A stretch of 64,000 nucleotides of DNA, from positions 142,070 to 206,069 of the forward strand of contig NMRA01000683.1 in the NCBI GenBank assembly GCA_002633005.1, in the 5' to 3' direction. This stretch comes from Phoronis australis (lineage: Eukaryota; Animalia; Phoronida). Numbering within the stretch: the stretch's first letter is position 1; every line of letters begins with the position of its first letter. The notes beneath the pieces were generated by a model, which was given only the letters and a program-made list of their open reading frames with translations, was not told the origin of the DNA and ran no database searches. The translations under genes were made by a program, and so were the position numbers. Positions 25,406 to 39,024 of this stretch are shown here, in pieces.

Positions 25406-28400
25406 ATTGACCTACCGCCAAGACCTACGACTGACGTCTTAACTGACCAATCACAACGCAGCATTATTGACACACCATCGTCTGCGTTTCCAAGCCGCCA
25501 TTTTGCCCGACAAGTAACACGTTGTCGTGTAAAACGAATTTTAGTCTAAGGCTCAAGAAAATAAGCGATAATAAAGGCGAAACGATGTTGACTTTACGTT
25601 TGTAATTCCGAAAGCCGTCATGTTGCTCAGGAAGAATATCCCGTCATTTTTAGGCATCTCCTAAACTGAAAACTGGTGTCGAAAATAATAAACTATGGAT
25701 CAAACTGTGTGAACGGCCACACGAGACGCTGAACTTGGCAATGGTGCTTGATTTCTAGAAGGTTAAACAAAAATATATTTTATATTTGGTACTCACTTTT
25801 CATTTTGGTGGCTGGAGTGTAGGCCTACCTGATTTTGACTCCTTAGTTTTACTCGTCAGGCCGCTTTTGTCTCGGCACATGATTGATCTCAGCACTAGCC
25901 CTAGTGGTCGTCCCCGGAAATTGTTTTAAAAGAAAGATATTTTTATTATTTATATTTCATTTATTTCGACCTAATGGACATCATTTCACGGTTTCATAAC
26001 AGAGGCATATCTTTTGTTATTTGTATATCCGTAGGGTGGAATTCAGCTGCTCAGGGAGAGGCACTGGAATACTGAACTCAAAGCCTTGTTCCAGCAGTTG
26101 TCACGAAAAAATATAAACTCCTGAATTAACTTTTGATAAGAACCTCTTGTATACAATTCGCTTGTAGAGTTAGTTGTAGAGTTAGATAGAAATCATTCTG
26201 AAGTTTTTCAAATAGAATTAGAGTTAATTTTGTGAATAGCCATTTTTGTCGTTACACCAGACCTGTCATCCTTTGTAACCATACCACACTTAAGTGATCA
26301 TGCTACTTTTGAAATTAATTGAAAGTTACCTTTATGCAATGAAACACAAACTTCGAAGTTCATTGGAAGGTAGGCCTAACTGAATGTCTTAATGGTGCAA
26401 TTACGGCCGATTACATGCATTAATTTGACTTGGACACAGCCCTACACCTACCGGAGCTAACTTCTTGACTAGGACAAGATATCTGTGTACTTGAACTATG
26501 AACCTGATATTTTTATCACAATATTTCGTTAGAAAAGCGTAAACAGTTCTATAGACTGGACCTACTTTACTCTGGAAATTCCATTAGTTGTGACCTACTC
26601 TTATTTGGCGGAATTTAGCAGACGGCAGAATAACAATATTGGTGAATCTTCACGCTCCTTTTTCAATTCAGATGACTTAGACGCTTTCTGAGCCATCTAA
26701 TGGCCATTTTATTATACTAAAACGCCAGTAGAAGCACACCGTTTGCGGTGCTATCGTGGGCGCATTTCAATGCTCCACGTTGTCTTTGTTTATGTTACTA
26801 TTACACCCTGTTATTTTTCACATTTAGGTACACTATTAGATTTTAGAATCAAAAAATAATATTTTTAAACCTGTCGGCCATGCAAAATTAGGATTCTTTA
26901 CGAATTAAATTACTTAATTATTTTCATCTGCTGTAATCACGCAACATCAACAACTGATGAAGGGGTTTCTAATCATGCTATTCGGTTTAAAAACGGCGGA
27001 CTTGCGAAAAGTTTTAGTGAGAGTAAATTTCATAGGAATAACAACACTGGAACAAACAAATACGCAAACAAATGCCACGCACGCACTGCGCAAACTCAGC
27101 AGATCGAAGTTGGCATGCCGGAGCTGGATCTCTATGCTACTAACCTACTTGATGACTATCTCTGCCACCTGGTGATGCGAAATACCAACAAAAAGGCTAA
27201 TTGTCCCTAATTGTTCTAGCCTGTGTGTCCTCTACGATCAATGGTTTTCTTTGGGCATATTGTGCAAAGCAACTTTTGAATAGGACCGTCTTAAAACCTG
27301 ATTACGCACGATATGTTCTCCCTAAATCGTGTGTAATCGTGTACCCTGGTCATTGATGGGACTTTAAAGAGATTCTGCAATTTGTGACATTCATGTATTG
27401 TTCAGCGTGAGAAAAAATTAATGCAAACTGGTTTGTGAGCAAAATTAAACGAGCGTGAGTATCTCATTGGTATCGTAACGATGCTGCTAACTGCGTTGAC
27501 CATGACGGATACTCAACTACACAGACGTCATTTGTCACTTCGCTCGCAAACCCAAGGCGTGGGAAAATCAGAATAAGCCTAACAACCACGTAAGGGGTCG
27601 CGGCAATTAGCATATTTTATGACTAAGATATTACAACGATCACTTTTTTTTAAAGTATTTTCTTTACGCACCAATTCTTTCGGCGAGGAGTCGCATTTAC
27701 TGACATTTACTCCAATGCCAAACCCTAGACTGCATGCGTTGTTGGTTAACACAAGTGATTAAATCACAAATACTTTTTCAACATTACTTTTCTAGTTGGA
27801 ATGGGGGTGGATCCCAACACGGAAATTTTAGTCGAGCGTTATCAATGCGCCAACGTATCTAATCCACTCTCATCATTAATACATAACGACAAAATATTGT
27901 TTTGACAAAATCACCAAAAGATATTTGTAGCACGGGCCTCATACAGTAGGGCACCTGGTGCAGAGTAATATACCCAAGGCTGAAACAACACAAATTACTT
28001 CAATTTGTTGATAAAGGAGTAATTTTGTAGGGAATTAAATCGAAAAGGCGCATTTTCGTTATAATTTTTTCGTGGCATCCGTTTGCAGGGAAATGATCGT
28101 ACTAAGTCACACATAGAGCGACGCGTCCAGTGCTGCAGTGGGGCGTAGGCGCACGTAGGCGCAGACAACCACCTTGTGGCTTTGAATATGGCACCTACGC
28201 ACCGTAAGTTATGTTGAATGCTCAAGTTTATACGCTGGGCTTTGGGAGCCTACTTATCTCTAATTTTACCACTACGGCACTGGTCCTGTACGCCTCGTTT
28301 CTAGGTGAGTACCCCTCGATGTGAAACTAGTGATTTGGTTTTAAATGAAGTGTATTGTGACTTGGAAACTGATATGCATTACCATATCCTTCTTAAGCCG

Positions 28401-30429
28401 AGCTTTATTTCTGAAGTATATTTACTACAATTCGCGTACCCGTGCAAATTCACGAGTGTTTTCCGAATCTTATAGAATTTGTGTCTGTAAGTCAGTTGAT
28501 TCTTGAGTGTTAACAAAAATGTTGAACATGTTAAGAACATTGGTTTTGAACTATTGACAAAGCTGAATTGATATCGAATTGAATTTTAGTCGGTTAAAGT
28601 CAATGTAAGCTCTGCTCACATTCGTTATATGCTTGCAGCCATTCAAGGCGGGATCGGGACGTTCGTAAACTCTGTCGGGTTCAACCGAAACACTTCGGGT
28701 ATTTGCGTAGTCTGAACTTCCCTAGGAAGTGAACTTTACTTTTAAAGACTGTGTACGAATTAACAGCTAATGTGTTTTGATAAAAACGGATGGAAATTGT
28801 CCTCATGTAACAACAAATTTGAGTCACGAGTTTTGTAGTCACAGAACGTTTCCTCTACCATTTACAGAATGATTAGGTGTCAGTGCATTTCTGAAAAGAA
28901 GTAAACGACAAGCCTGATTATCAACAATTACATTTACTTTAAATACCATTTCATCTTTCTCAAGCTATCATTTAGCTGCCAAAAGGATGTTTATTGACCA
29001 TCGCCTCTGTTGACTTTGATGTTTTAGTCGGTGTGAGGCATAATTCGCCGAAAAGCTTCCGGCGAGTGGAGCGCCTATAGGAGCTGCTCTCGTCGGGCCA
29101 ACAGAGGCGATGGTCATTGCCTATTTGTTTATAACACTTACATGTTCCTTAGCAATTAAGTGAGTCTGTGTGTCAAACACCATTTTAGTATACCAAGGTT
29201 CTTGTTTTGCGAAATCAACGGTTCGGCAAAGGTGACTGGCGTTGGACGCGATTACACGTACATGTACGTGTATGTGTGTGTGCCATAAGTCGGGCAGTCT
29301 GGCACTTAAAATCATGCTCATCACAAAACTTTGATCCGGATCTGATTAGCTTTGCTGTGTATTTAGTTTGACTAAACACGCCACCCGTTTAATACCTTAC
29401 GTGTAGTTAGCCGGGATTTTTTTTCAAATCTTTAACTTAAAGACCTTCTCTTAAGGGGTTATTCTATGTCAAACTATAGGTCTGTCCCGGTGTACACGCA
29501 GATAATTTAAAAGCTCTCCTTTGTCCAGGAGGTGAGAAAGCGCTCTGATTTTATTGACTTAGTTTTAAAAGTTAGGCACATTTTCACATTGGTCGTGTCA
29601 GAAACCGCCGAGGTGTATGGCCGTAAAATATTCCGATTCCAACCGCTTAAAAATGCCGGTATCGAAAGGTATCCCAAAGAAAGGAGATTCTGTTCGGTTC
29701 AGTATTGACCCGACGCACTTGGTTGAGAAAACTCGCTCAAGTTAAGAAACAATAACATCTAAATAAAGATTCCCCAAACATCTGACCGTAGCATATAAAA
29801 TCGAGTTCTCGTTTCACAACAGCTTTCTGTCAGGAAACACTGAATTAGCATGCGCTCACACGGCCTCGGTGCCCGGTCACTTACATGTACCTCTTTTGCA
29901 TCTAAAGCCGGTAACACAATGATTTATTCATTGCTGGCTTCTCCTAAAATTTGCTGTCACGAACACTCTAAAAGAATTACGAACTGTATCTTATGAGACA
30001 GACTTTGTTTCAGTTTATTGGTTGGGGTGAGAATAATTCATTTTGAAACAGAACGCACAATAATAAACGTCAACATGGCAACTTGCAATCCCGACTTAGA
30101 CGAGATCTCATCCGACGAAGACTTTACAGGTTGATCGTTAGGTTTCACTGATTATCAGTTAGTACCAGAATACACTGATTAAGGAATACTAATGTGACGG
30201 GACGTTCGTAAAATGTAACAGAGCAAGTCTCCACTGAGCATCAAAAATGTGTATTTCACTTCATCAGGTATACGCTCAGTTCAGTTACACATGATAACGA
30301 CCAGTTTCATGTTGGCAAAGGAAGGAAACACCCTTCTCCCAAGCCTGTCGCTAGCGAAGTGCCCGACACATACAGTCGCTCCGCATGCCCACGTAACAAA
30401 GGCGCACTGAGACGCAACAAAGACGTTCA

Positions 30430-31185
30430 TTGAGGGGCAGTGCCGCTGAATTGCTTGAATCTGATTTGTCTGTAAACGAATTGCTTGGTAAGTTAAAGTC
30501 TAGATACGGTGATGTGTTACCTGTTGGAAAAATTGTTGAAAAATTCTACAGTTCTAGACAGGATAAAAATGAAAGCGTTACCGAATGGGCTGCGCGCTTA
30601 GAGAAATTAGTAGTTCAAAAGAAAATGTCCAAATCATGCTCTATTCCGAAAGAGGCGCTGCCAGCTGTGCTAAAATCACATTTTGTGTCTGATTTGCTGT
30701 CGAATGACGTCAGCGTTGGTCGAAAGCATTTTGTGGAACGCAATAGTGAGGAATCATTTGACGAGCTACTGATTTGCGCCCGTCGTTTAGACACTGAGTT
30801 CAGCAGAAAATCGCAGTCACATCACTCTCTTGATAGTGGTGATAAAACTGGTAAAATGGTCACTATGATAGATGCTTTGGCTAAAAGAATAGAGAAACTT
30901 GAAGGTAGTTTCACTCGAAATAGGTCCAATGTAGTTTTCAACGCGAACTCTAAGTTCCGCGGACAACCCTATGGTAATGTGAACTGGCAACGTTCAGAAC
31001 AACAAGGTATTGGCCAGTCTACTGATGTGCGGGCTGACAACTCTTTACCCAGATTTGACGGCGTTTGTTTCCGGTGGCATAAATACGGTCATAGGGTTGC
31101 CAATTGCACGGTTGCTTTAAACTTCAATCGGTCGTCGACGGGGGGGGGGGCTTCCGACCGAACGCATGGAAAGCCCCCTCAGTAG
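30430..31185 (+). pseudogene. gag: Gypsy gag (N-truncated capsid + degenerate CCHC knuckle)
   Basis: FYSSRQDKNESVTEWAARLE (MHR-like); CFRWHKYGHRVANC. Confidence 0.85.
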
Positions 31186-34100
31186 GCTTAGTAGGGGAGT
31201 CCTTTGAAAAGGAATTTATGATTGCAAATGTGAGATGTATATGTTTACTCGATACAGGTTCTAGAGTAAGTACGATCTCCGAGAGCTTGTGTCAGCATAT
31301 TGGTTTGTCTGTGCTGCCTATTTCAGATATTACTGGACCTTTGTGTGTTGAGTGCGCTAACGGAAAAGTTTTGCCTGACAAGGGTTATGTTAGTGTCACT
31401 GTTGGAGTACCCGATACCGATGAGTCAATTGATGTTTTGTTTTTGGTTGTTCCAAACAATTCTTATAATTTCAGTGTTAATGTTATAGTGGGTACTAATG
31501 CTTTGCGTGTTTTGATCGATCTCGTTGATAATGACGATCGCTCGGACTGGTTGCTGTTGTTGAAAAATGTTATGTTTAATCGTGAAACCTCTCTTTCAGG
31601 CGTTGTTAAGACTGACATACCTGTTACCATTCCGTCTGGAATGTCCCATCGATGCTTGTATTTGTGTTAACCCATGTACATCTTGTAGTTTACAGGTTGT
31701 CACCGAAGAGTATGGTTCACTGTCACTTCCTAGTAACTTGCAGGTGTGGCCCACATTGCATGAGATTAACCCTGGGGATCATATGATTCAGCTGAGAATT
31801 CTGAGGAGTTCATAATAAGCCCAGATTTAAGTATTGAGCAGCGCAGCCGAGCCGAATGATTTGGATCTTGGTCATGTTACTCAGGCTCAGCATAAGATAC
31901 ATTGACAAGGGATGCTCCTTTTAAACACCGACATCGCTCTATTCCTCCTAACATGTTGGATGAAGTTAGAGCTCACTTAAAGGATATGTTGCAACTGGGG
32001 GTTATCAGACCGTCCACTAGTAAATATGCTTCTAGTATTGTCTTAGTACGTAAGAAGTCTGGAGAGTTGCGATTTTGCTTAGATTTTCGTAAATTGAACG
32101 AGATCACGGTAAAGGATGCTTATGCTTTGCCTAGTGCGACTGAAAATTTGCATACGCTCCATGGTTCTCAATATTTTGCAACTCTTGACATGAAATCTGC
32201 TTATTTGCTAGTAGATATAGCAGAGGAAGACAAGCATATCGCGGCATTCACTGTAGGTCCACTCGGAGTGCAATAGACTTCAGTTTGACTTAACCAATGC
32301 TCATGCAACGTTTCAACGAGTGATGGAGATGTGTATGGGGGACTTGTATTTGTCTGAGTGTTTGATATTGTTGGATGATATTTTGGTGTTTAGTGATACA
32401 TTTGAGAATCATCTAACCCGATTGAGAAATGTGTTTCAACGCGTATGTGAGTTTGGTATGAAACTTAAACCGTCAAAATGTGAGTTCTTTAAGCAGCGAA
32501 CTGTGTATTTGGGTCACGTGATTTCTCAACAACGGGTCGAATGTGATCCCGATGAGATAGAGGTTGTGTTGGATTGGCCTAATCCAAAGTGTGTGAAAGA
32601 CTTGCAAAGTTTTTTAGTTTTCGTTGGGTTTTATTCAAGACATTGCATCAATTGCTCAGCCTCTTCATGCACTTACAAAGGGAGTAACGGGTCGTAAACG
32701 TAATTCTTCTGATACCTCAAATGGACTGTTTGTTTGGGGTGATAAAGAAGAGTATGCTTTTGAAGAACTTAAACTCAGGTGCACGAGTAGCCCTGTACTG
32801 GCATTTGCGGATTTTACGCAGCCATTTTCTGTGACGCCAGCATGACGTTGTTAGGTGCGGTATTATATCAGGAGTCGGGGGGATTGAATAGACCCATTGC
32901 CTTTGCGAGTCGTTGTTTGAGTGAAGCCGAGAAACGTTATCCTGTACATAAACTTGAGTTTCTGGCTCTTAAGTGGTCCATAACGTCTAAGTTTCACGAT
33001 TACCTATACGGCGGTTTGCCGTTTGTAGTGTACACTGACAATAACCCTGTTACATATGCATTGTCTACAGCTACTCTGGATACAGGCTCTCAGAGGTGGG
33101 TTTCTGAGTAAGCGAATTATAATTTTCAGATTGTGTACAAGACTGGTAAGTCGAACTTAGACGCTGACGAGCTGTCAAGAATAGTGTGGCCTGATCACGG
33201 CCAGGCTTTGCTTTGTGGTGTTACGACACGTAGTGGGTTGGACTTTTCGTCGTCATTCCCTACTCTAACAAACGCCGAATTAGTGAATTTACAACGTAAT
33301 GATATTATTCTTGGTGGGGTGATGGAATGCTTGCGAGCAAAACGTAAGCCTGATGACACCGCAAATAGCGGTGTACGGAAATATTTGAAGTATTGGAGTG
33401 ATCTGTACTTAGATCGGGAATGCTGTTCATAAACAGGGTCTCTTCAGTTGATAATGAAGTTGTTAGTATGTTAGTTGTGCCACAGTCGCTACGAAGTGAG
33501 ATTATGGTGTCTCTGCGCACGATGCAGCTGGGCACCAAGGGTATGAGAGAAAATTTTCTTTGATTAGCAATCGCTACTTTTGGGTAGGCATGCAAAAAGA
33601 TGTGGCAGACTATTGCAAATCATGTGCGAGGTGTCAAATTTCTAAGGGTCCATACAAGAAACCGAGGACTACCATGAGTCACTTGACTGCATGTAGACCC
33701 AATAAAGTGTTAGTCGTTGATTTTACTGTTCTAGAGCCGTACAGTGACGGTAGGGAAAACGTCTTCTTGGTGATGACTGACGTATTCACGAAGTTTACGC
33801 AGGTTGTTGTGACACGCAATCAAACTGCCCTAACTGTTGCCAAGGCTCTGACTGAGCAATGGCTCAATAAGTTCGGTATTCCGGACAGGATTCATCATAT
33901 AGCGATCAGGGTCGCAATTTTGAAAGCGATTTGGTTAAACAGTTGTGCAAATTATATGACATTCAGAAATCCCGTACAACCCCATATCATCCTGAGGGAA
34001 ATTCACAGTGTGAGCGTTTTAATCGCACATTGCATAATCTGTTGAAAACTTTGCCAATTGATCACAAGCGTAAATGGCCGCAGTTTGTGCATGATCTGGT

Positions 34101-34559
34101 GATGTCGTATAATTCTACTCCACACAGCACTACTAAGTACTCTCCGTTTTTCTTGTTCTTTGGCAGGGAACCGAAATTTCCTTTGGATTTTCCCCTGCGG
34201 TTTGATGCAGCAAATCCGGCATACTGTTGCACAGATGAGTATGTAAAGTTAGAGCAGATAAAATGAAAGACACTTGGCAGCGTGCTCGGTATTTTACTGA
34301 CACTTCGAATGATAGAAATAAAGCTAGAAATGATACACGTGCGTTCGCCCAATCACTTCCGGTTGGTGCAACGGTATTTCTGAGAGAACTCAGTATCATA
34401 GGGAGGAATAAAATTCAGAATGCATTTGGTTCAGTTCCTTATTGTATTGTCTCTCGGAGAAATAATGTGTATTCTGTGCGGGCGGCAGATGGTGCCGGAC
34501 CGATTAAAACTGTAAATAGGTCGGACATCTTGAATGGTAGGGACTTGGTAGGTCTCTAG
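31104..34559 (+). pseudogene. pol: Gypsy pol fragments (protease, RT, RNase H, integrase)
   Basis: [68 protein letters not shown]; many frameshifts. Confidence 0.93.
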
Positions 34560-35249
34560 TATTTGGAGTTTTGCTGCTGTTGAGAGCGCGCCAGGCGTTG
34601 TCGTGCTGAAAGTGGAATGTGCGTTGTGATGTCTGTAGCCAGCGAGGAGTCTGAATGATTTCCATTTCACTGCGTTTTGTTTTCATATTGTATGTTAATG
34701 ATGTCGGGACGACATTTTTTGTTAGTGGGGAGATTGTGACGGGACGTTCGTAACTTTACGCTTATTGTTATTCTTATTTATTTGCAAATGTTCAGTTATT
34801 CCTATGCTAATGTCTTTGTTGCGTCTTAGTGCGCCTTTGTTACGTGGGCATGCGGGGCGACTGTATGTGTCGGGCACTTCGCTAGCGACAGGCTTAGGAG
34901 AAGGGTGTTCCCTTCCTTTGCTTACATGAAATTGATCGTTATCATGTATAACTGAACTGAACGTATGCCTGATGAGGTGAAATACACATTTTTGATGCTC
35001 AGTGGAGACTTGCTCTGTTACACTAGAGAGGCGCTATGAACGTACACTGACAGGGGAACGCATGGATATTTACGAAAACCGTTTGGATGACGTGTCATGG
35101 TTGTTAGTGCGCTAACTGCACAATAATGGAAACGACTGACGCTTGCGTCTGCTGTCACGAAATTCTGCAAGTAAAACGCCTGTTTGGAGAAGCGCAGGTG
35201 TTTCTCACGGACCATCCTGATTTTTTGGGCGGCGAAAGCAAAGAAATCA

Positions 35250-37200
35250 ATAAATGTACAAGTTTACAAAGCCTCAAAGATTTCACGACAGATATTTTGC
35301 CAAGAGGAGTTAGAATTCTCCTGTTCCACGAATTTATACTATTTTGTCCTCAAGTTTTTCTTCATAACTTTAGTGAAAACATCCGAGAAAGGTCTAAACT
35401 AAATGCAACTCCCGGTGTTGTAAAAGGTTTTCTGCTCCATTTTAAGTTTCTCTCGGGACACAAGCGTCTGTCGCTAAACTTCATAGGCATTCAAGCCCGA
35501 AAACATGGAATTGATGAAGTAAATTAAGAGTATTTTTCAGAGATTCCCTAGAACCATGGAGTATAATTTCGGTATTATCGACATATTGGATTATTTTATG
35601 AGATCCGCCACCTACCTTGATTCCTTTAATTACAAAATTTTGCCTATAGTAAACAAGATACTCATAATCACCGCATACATGGTGAACAAGTAATGAGAAA
35701 TTGGAATCCTCTGCCACCACGAAAAATTTCAAATTTGTCTGAAGGCAAAGTGTGTTGGATCACAGAAAGCCGAGATTACGTATTGAGTAGACAAATTCAC
35801 AAAAAAAATATTTTCCAAAATTGAAAAATAGGCACGATATATACAAATTTCCAGTACACAGAATCAACGCCTTTTCAAAATAAATCTACCAACGTTAATA
35901 GCCAAGTAATATTTTCGTGTTCAGTATGTTAAATTAATCATAAATGTTTCTAATATATCTGCTCTTGAGAAATCTCTTGATTTCCATGTATGAGGTGACC
36001 AGTTACCAATTTCAGGCGCTGCGCAAAGCATCTAGACAAAATTTGATAGCTGTTGTTGCAGAGTGAAATAGGAAATCAGTTGCTGATATAGTATCTACAT
36101 TTGTTACCTTTTGGTAAGGGCGAAATTATAACATAATTTTGAGTGGGAGGTAAACCTCCATCAACATTCATGTAACTATTGTTAAGCGAATGAGTCAGAA
36201 AAGGGAAAATGTCTTGACAGAAAATCTTATAAAACTTAATTGAAAAGCCCTCGGATCCTGGTAAATTGTCATGCTTCATATTTTTATCACAACTGAAGCC
36301 TCCGTAAAAAATATTGGCCCGTAGAGATTGGATCTATTTACATTTTCAGAAAGTGACTTTGGGTTTGTTTAAAAGGTAGCTGGGCTTTGAGATTGCGCGT
36401 GGATGGAGAGAAAGTGATCAAATCCAGTTAATGATTAATTATGTGATAACCACTAATTAAAATGAGTGGAACATGTTGTTAACTAAGTAATCTAACCATG
36501 ACGAATAGCAACTACGCGAGCACCCTCAACTAACTATAAATAATAAGCTACCCAAGCTTAAGGACTCGACACTTGTTGGATGACAGTCATGTTGGTGAAT
36601 TTTTGAACTACAATGCACTGTACTGCGACAGTGTACTTACTGTTCACAGACCCTTCGTGACACAACCCAACGACACGCGTAGGCAGTATCCTACTACCCA
36701 CGATCCAAGTGACAAGCTCTTAGTTAACTTCCTGTTCGTTAAACCCTTGCCCTTGCCAAGATCCTCTTTAGAATCTTCTGAGAGATGGCTCTGCTGTACA
36801 ATTTCTTCTGTACAATGTAGCAAATTATCTATTCTCAACTACTAAATCTCACGTAAGTATTTTGAAAATGTCTGGCCAAATTATAATAATGTACTAATTT
36901 AATGATTGCCTAATAAAACCACGTGATCTTATCCAATCATTTCATTGGCTGTTACTATTTGCTCTTTAGAGTGCCTTGACCCCAGAACCAAAATGATGAA
37001 CATCATCTAAAAATAGATCTTGACGTCAGAATACTAGTGAATGATGGTTTAAGAGTACATAGGCACACATTTTGGGCAACTGAAATGAAACTTTCTCTAC
37101 TAATAACTTAATTAATATTTATTCTGACAGACATTACTCAGTTTTGATATTTCATTTTCATTAATAACAGTTCCTACGCCCATACCTTCTAAAAACCATA
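35250..37200 (-). mobile_element. Degraded L1/Tx1-clade LINE RT fragment, split by a solo LTR
   Basis: LPGSEGFSIKFYKIF..IISPLPKGNK (RT N-terminal part) and IKGIKVGGGSHKIIQYVDNT (YADD-like). Ends are approximate. Confidence 0.8.
36344..37129 (-). mobile_element. Solo LTR, second copy of the 8763-9661 family
   Basis: Colinear with 8763-9661; ends tttcaga...tctgaca; flanks tacat/gacat. Confidence 0.82.
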
Positions 37201-37412
37201 TCATATTGAATAAAAATCTTTGTAAAAGTAAGTGGTTCACAAAGGCTTCGATTAAAATTTGCATATCACCAGTAGCTTTCGTTTCTTCATGGTCATTCGG
37301 ATTCCGTTTTCTTTGAAAAAAAATGAAGTAATTTTCTTCATTGCGCAGTGAAGCAGACGACGGAATTGGAATGGTAGTGCGCAGTGCCACTGTCGGTTGC
37401 CTGGGATATTAA

Positions 37413-39024
37413 AGGAGCATGCCACCCAAAAAACAACCTAATTTGTACCAATTCAGATCGAGTAGTTCTACTCCTTAACATCACATACGGTTGCGTTACC
37501 TGATACCTGACGGCAGACGGAGGTGTTGAAATTATCCAATGACGTTATCGGTTTCACACGCAGTCTGTTCAGCAGTTCACAACACGGGTTACTGGTGTCA
37601 GCTTATCGCTTGAAGTCATCGTTTAACATCAATAAATCATCAAACTTCGATGTAACACCCGTAAAAAGACACCGAGTTCTTATAAAAATGTGTTGTTTTA
37701 TTTTGCTGTTACCGATTCATTGGTATTTAGACACACCGTAGCCTACAAAGTTCGGCAGACCAGTAAGGTCCGTAGCAGGAGTTTGGGGACTGTTCGAAGA
37801 TAATTTCGAAGTATTTTCCGTGAAATACAGACAGGAGAACCTAGATTTCTGTTGTTTAGACTTGTGATTTTTTGAGTTCTAAACACAAAACGCTTGTTAG
37901 CCTGGCCAGTGTATGATCAGACATCACGAACATAAACCAGCCAAATTTCAGTGGAAACTAAACTTCTAGTCAAGAAAATACTATACTAGTGAGCCAAAGT
38001 AATGTGCACCTGATTATGTTGGTGAATTAGCCACGAAAATGCAAATCTACTTACTCGTTAGGGCCGTCGCGAATTCAGGTTCCGCTTTGGCCACAGCACC
38101 GTTAGGGCAGAAGTTGTACATTGACAATCATTATTTGAGTAATGTAAATGTAAATAAAGAGTCCCCTAACACCTAGCTGTGGGATGAAAATCGAGTTGCT
38201 TCACAACAGTTTCTGCCAGCAAACACTAAATTAGCATGAGTTCACACGGCCTAGGTGCCCCGTCAATTAGTTTTATGGCACCTAAAGCCGGTAACGCAGT
38301 GATTTATTCATTGCTGGCTTCTCAAATCATTTGCAATCACGAACGCGCCAAAGGCATTACAAATTGCATCTAATGAGACAGACTTTGTTTCAGTTTTATA
38401 TAAGTATTGGTTAGGGTGAGAATAATTCATTTTGAAGCAGAACGCTCAGTAATAAACGCCAACATGGCAACTCGGAATCCCGACTTAGGACGAGCTAGAT
38501 CTCATCAGTCCCAACTTCGCAGGTGAATCGTTAAGTTGTGCAGGCTATCAATTCGAACAGGAATACAGTGATGAAGAAATACTAGAGAGGTGCCGTGAAC
38601 AAACTCAGACAACGGGACGTATGGAGTTATTTGGTAAGCCGGCATTCGTCAGACACTGTCGACGTCTGCAGGCCACAGACACGGAAATGTTTCACGGCCT
38701 CATACTTGCTATTTACAGCGTACATTTCATTCTTCACTAACATGAGCCACTTCCTAAGCATTCCTGACTCTTGAGGAAGTAATAAAAAACGATATACCCG
38801 CTTTCCTCGCAGCTGCTTGGTTCGGACAAGCGGGAACGATGCACGGCAACGTAGCGGCATTCATTCTGCATATGAACCACTGACGTCGCCAGCGTCGTTT
38901 CTCACCTTCCTCACAGGTTAACGCGACACCTCTTGGCAAGGTAAGGTCGATCGTATGCGAGGTGATGTGGATATAGACCGATTAAGATGGCAAAAAGACT
39001 AAGTAAATCGGGTGGCATTCTCCT
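37413..39024. mobile_element. Complete non-autonomous Kolobok element (~1.6 kb) with THAP and KolX-start remnants
   Basis: Ends TTAA|AGGAGCATGCCACCC ... GGGTGGCATTCTCCT|TTAA. On -: CIVPACPN..SFF / LPQESGMLRKWL..RVCG (THAP). On +: GYQFEQEYSDEE. Confidence 0.88.

Larger units (their letters stand above)
30193..35022 (+). mobile_element. Ty3/Gypsy LTR retrotransposon, degraded, with rearranged 5' LTR
   Basis: TG..CA ends, TSD ctaa/ctag, PPT agtggggaga (34724-34733), 3' LTR at 34735-35022, domain order gag-PR-RT-RH-IN. Confidence 0.95.
29700..35230 (+). mobile_element. Kolobok fragment with KolX remnant, interrupted by the Gypsy element
   Basis: 29760-30190 matches the other Kolobok copies. It resumes after the Gypsy with CANCTIMETTDACVCCHEI..FLTDHPDF, a Cys-rich KolX/P2X7-C-terminus-like pattern. 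Confidence 0.7.

Noticed and set aside
30193-35022. DIRS-type element because of inverted ends
   Set aside because: It has a protease, a DDE integrase, a PPT and a TSD, and no tyrosine recombinase. The inversion is secondary.
38627-38939. Host THAP-domain gene
   Set aside because: It is frameshifted, lies inside Kolobok TIRs and is repeated at 55908-56201.
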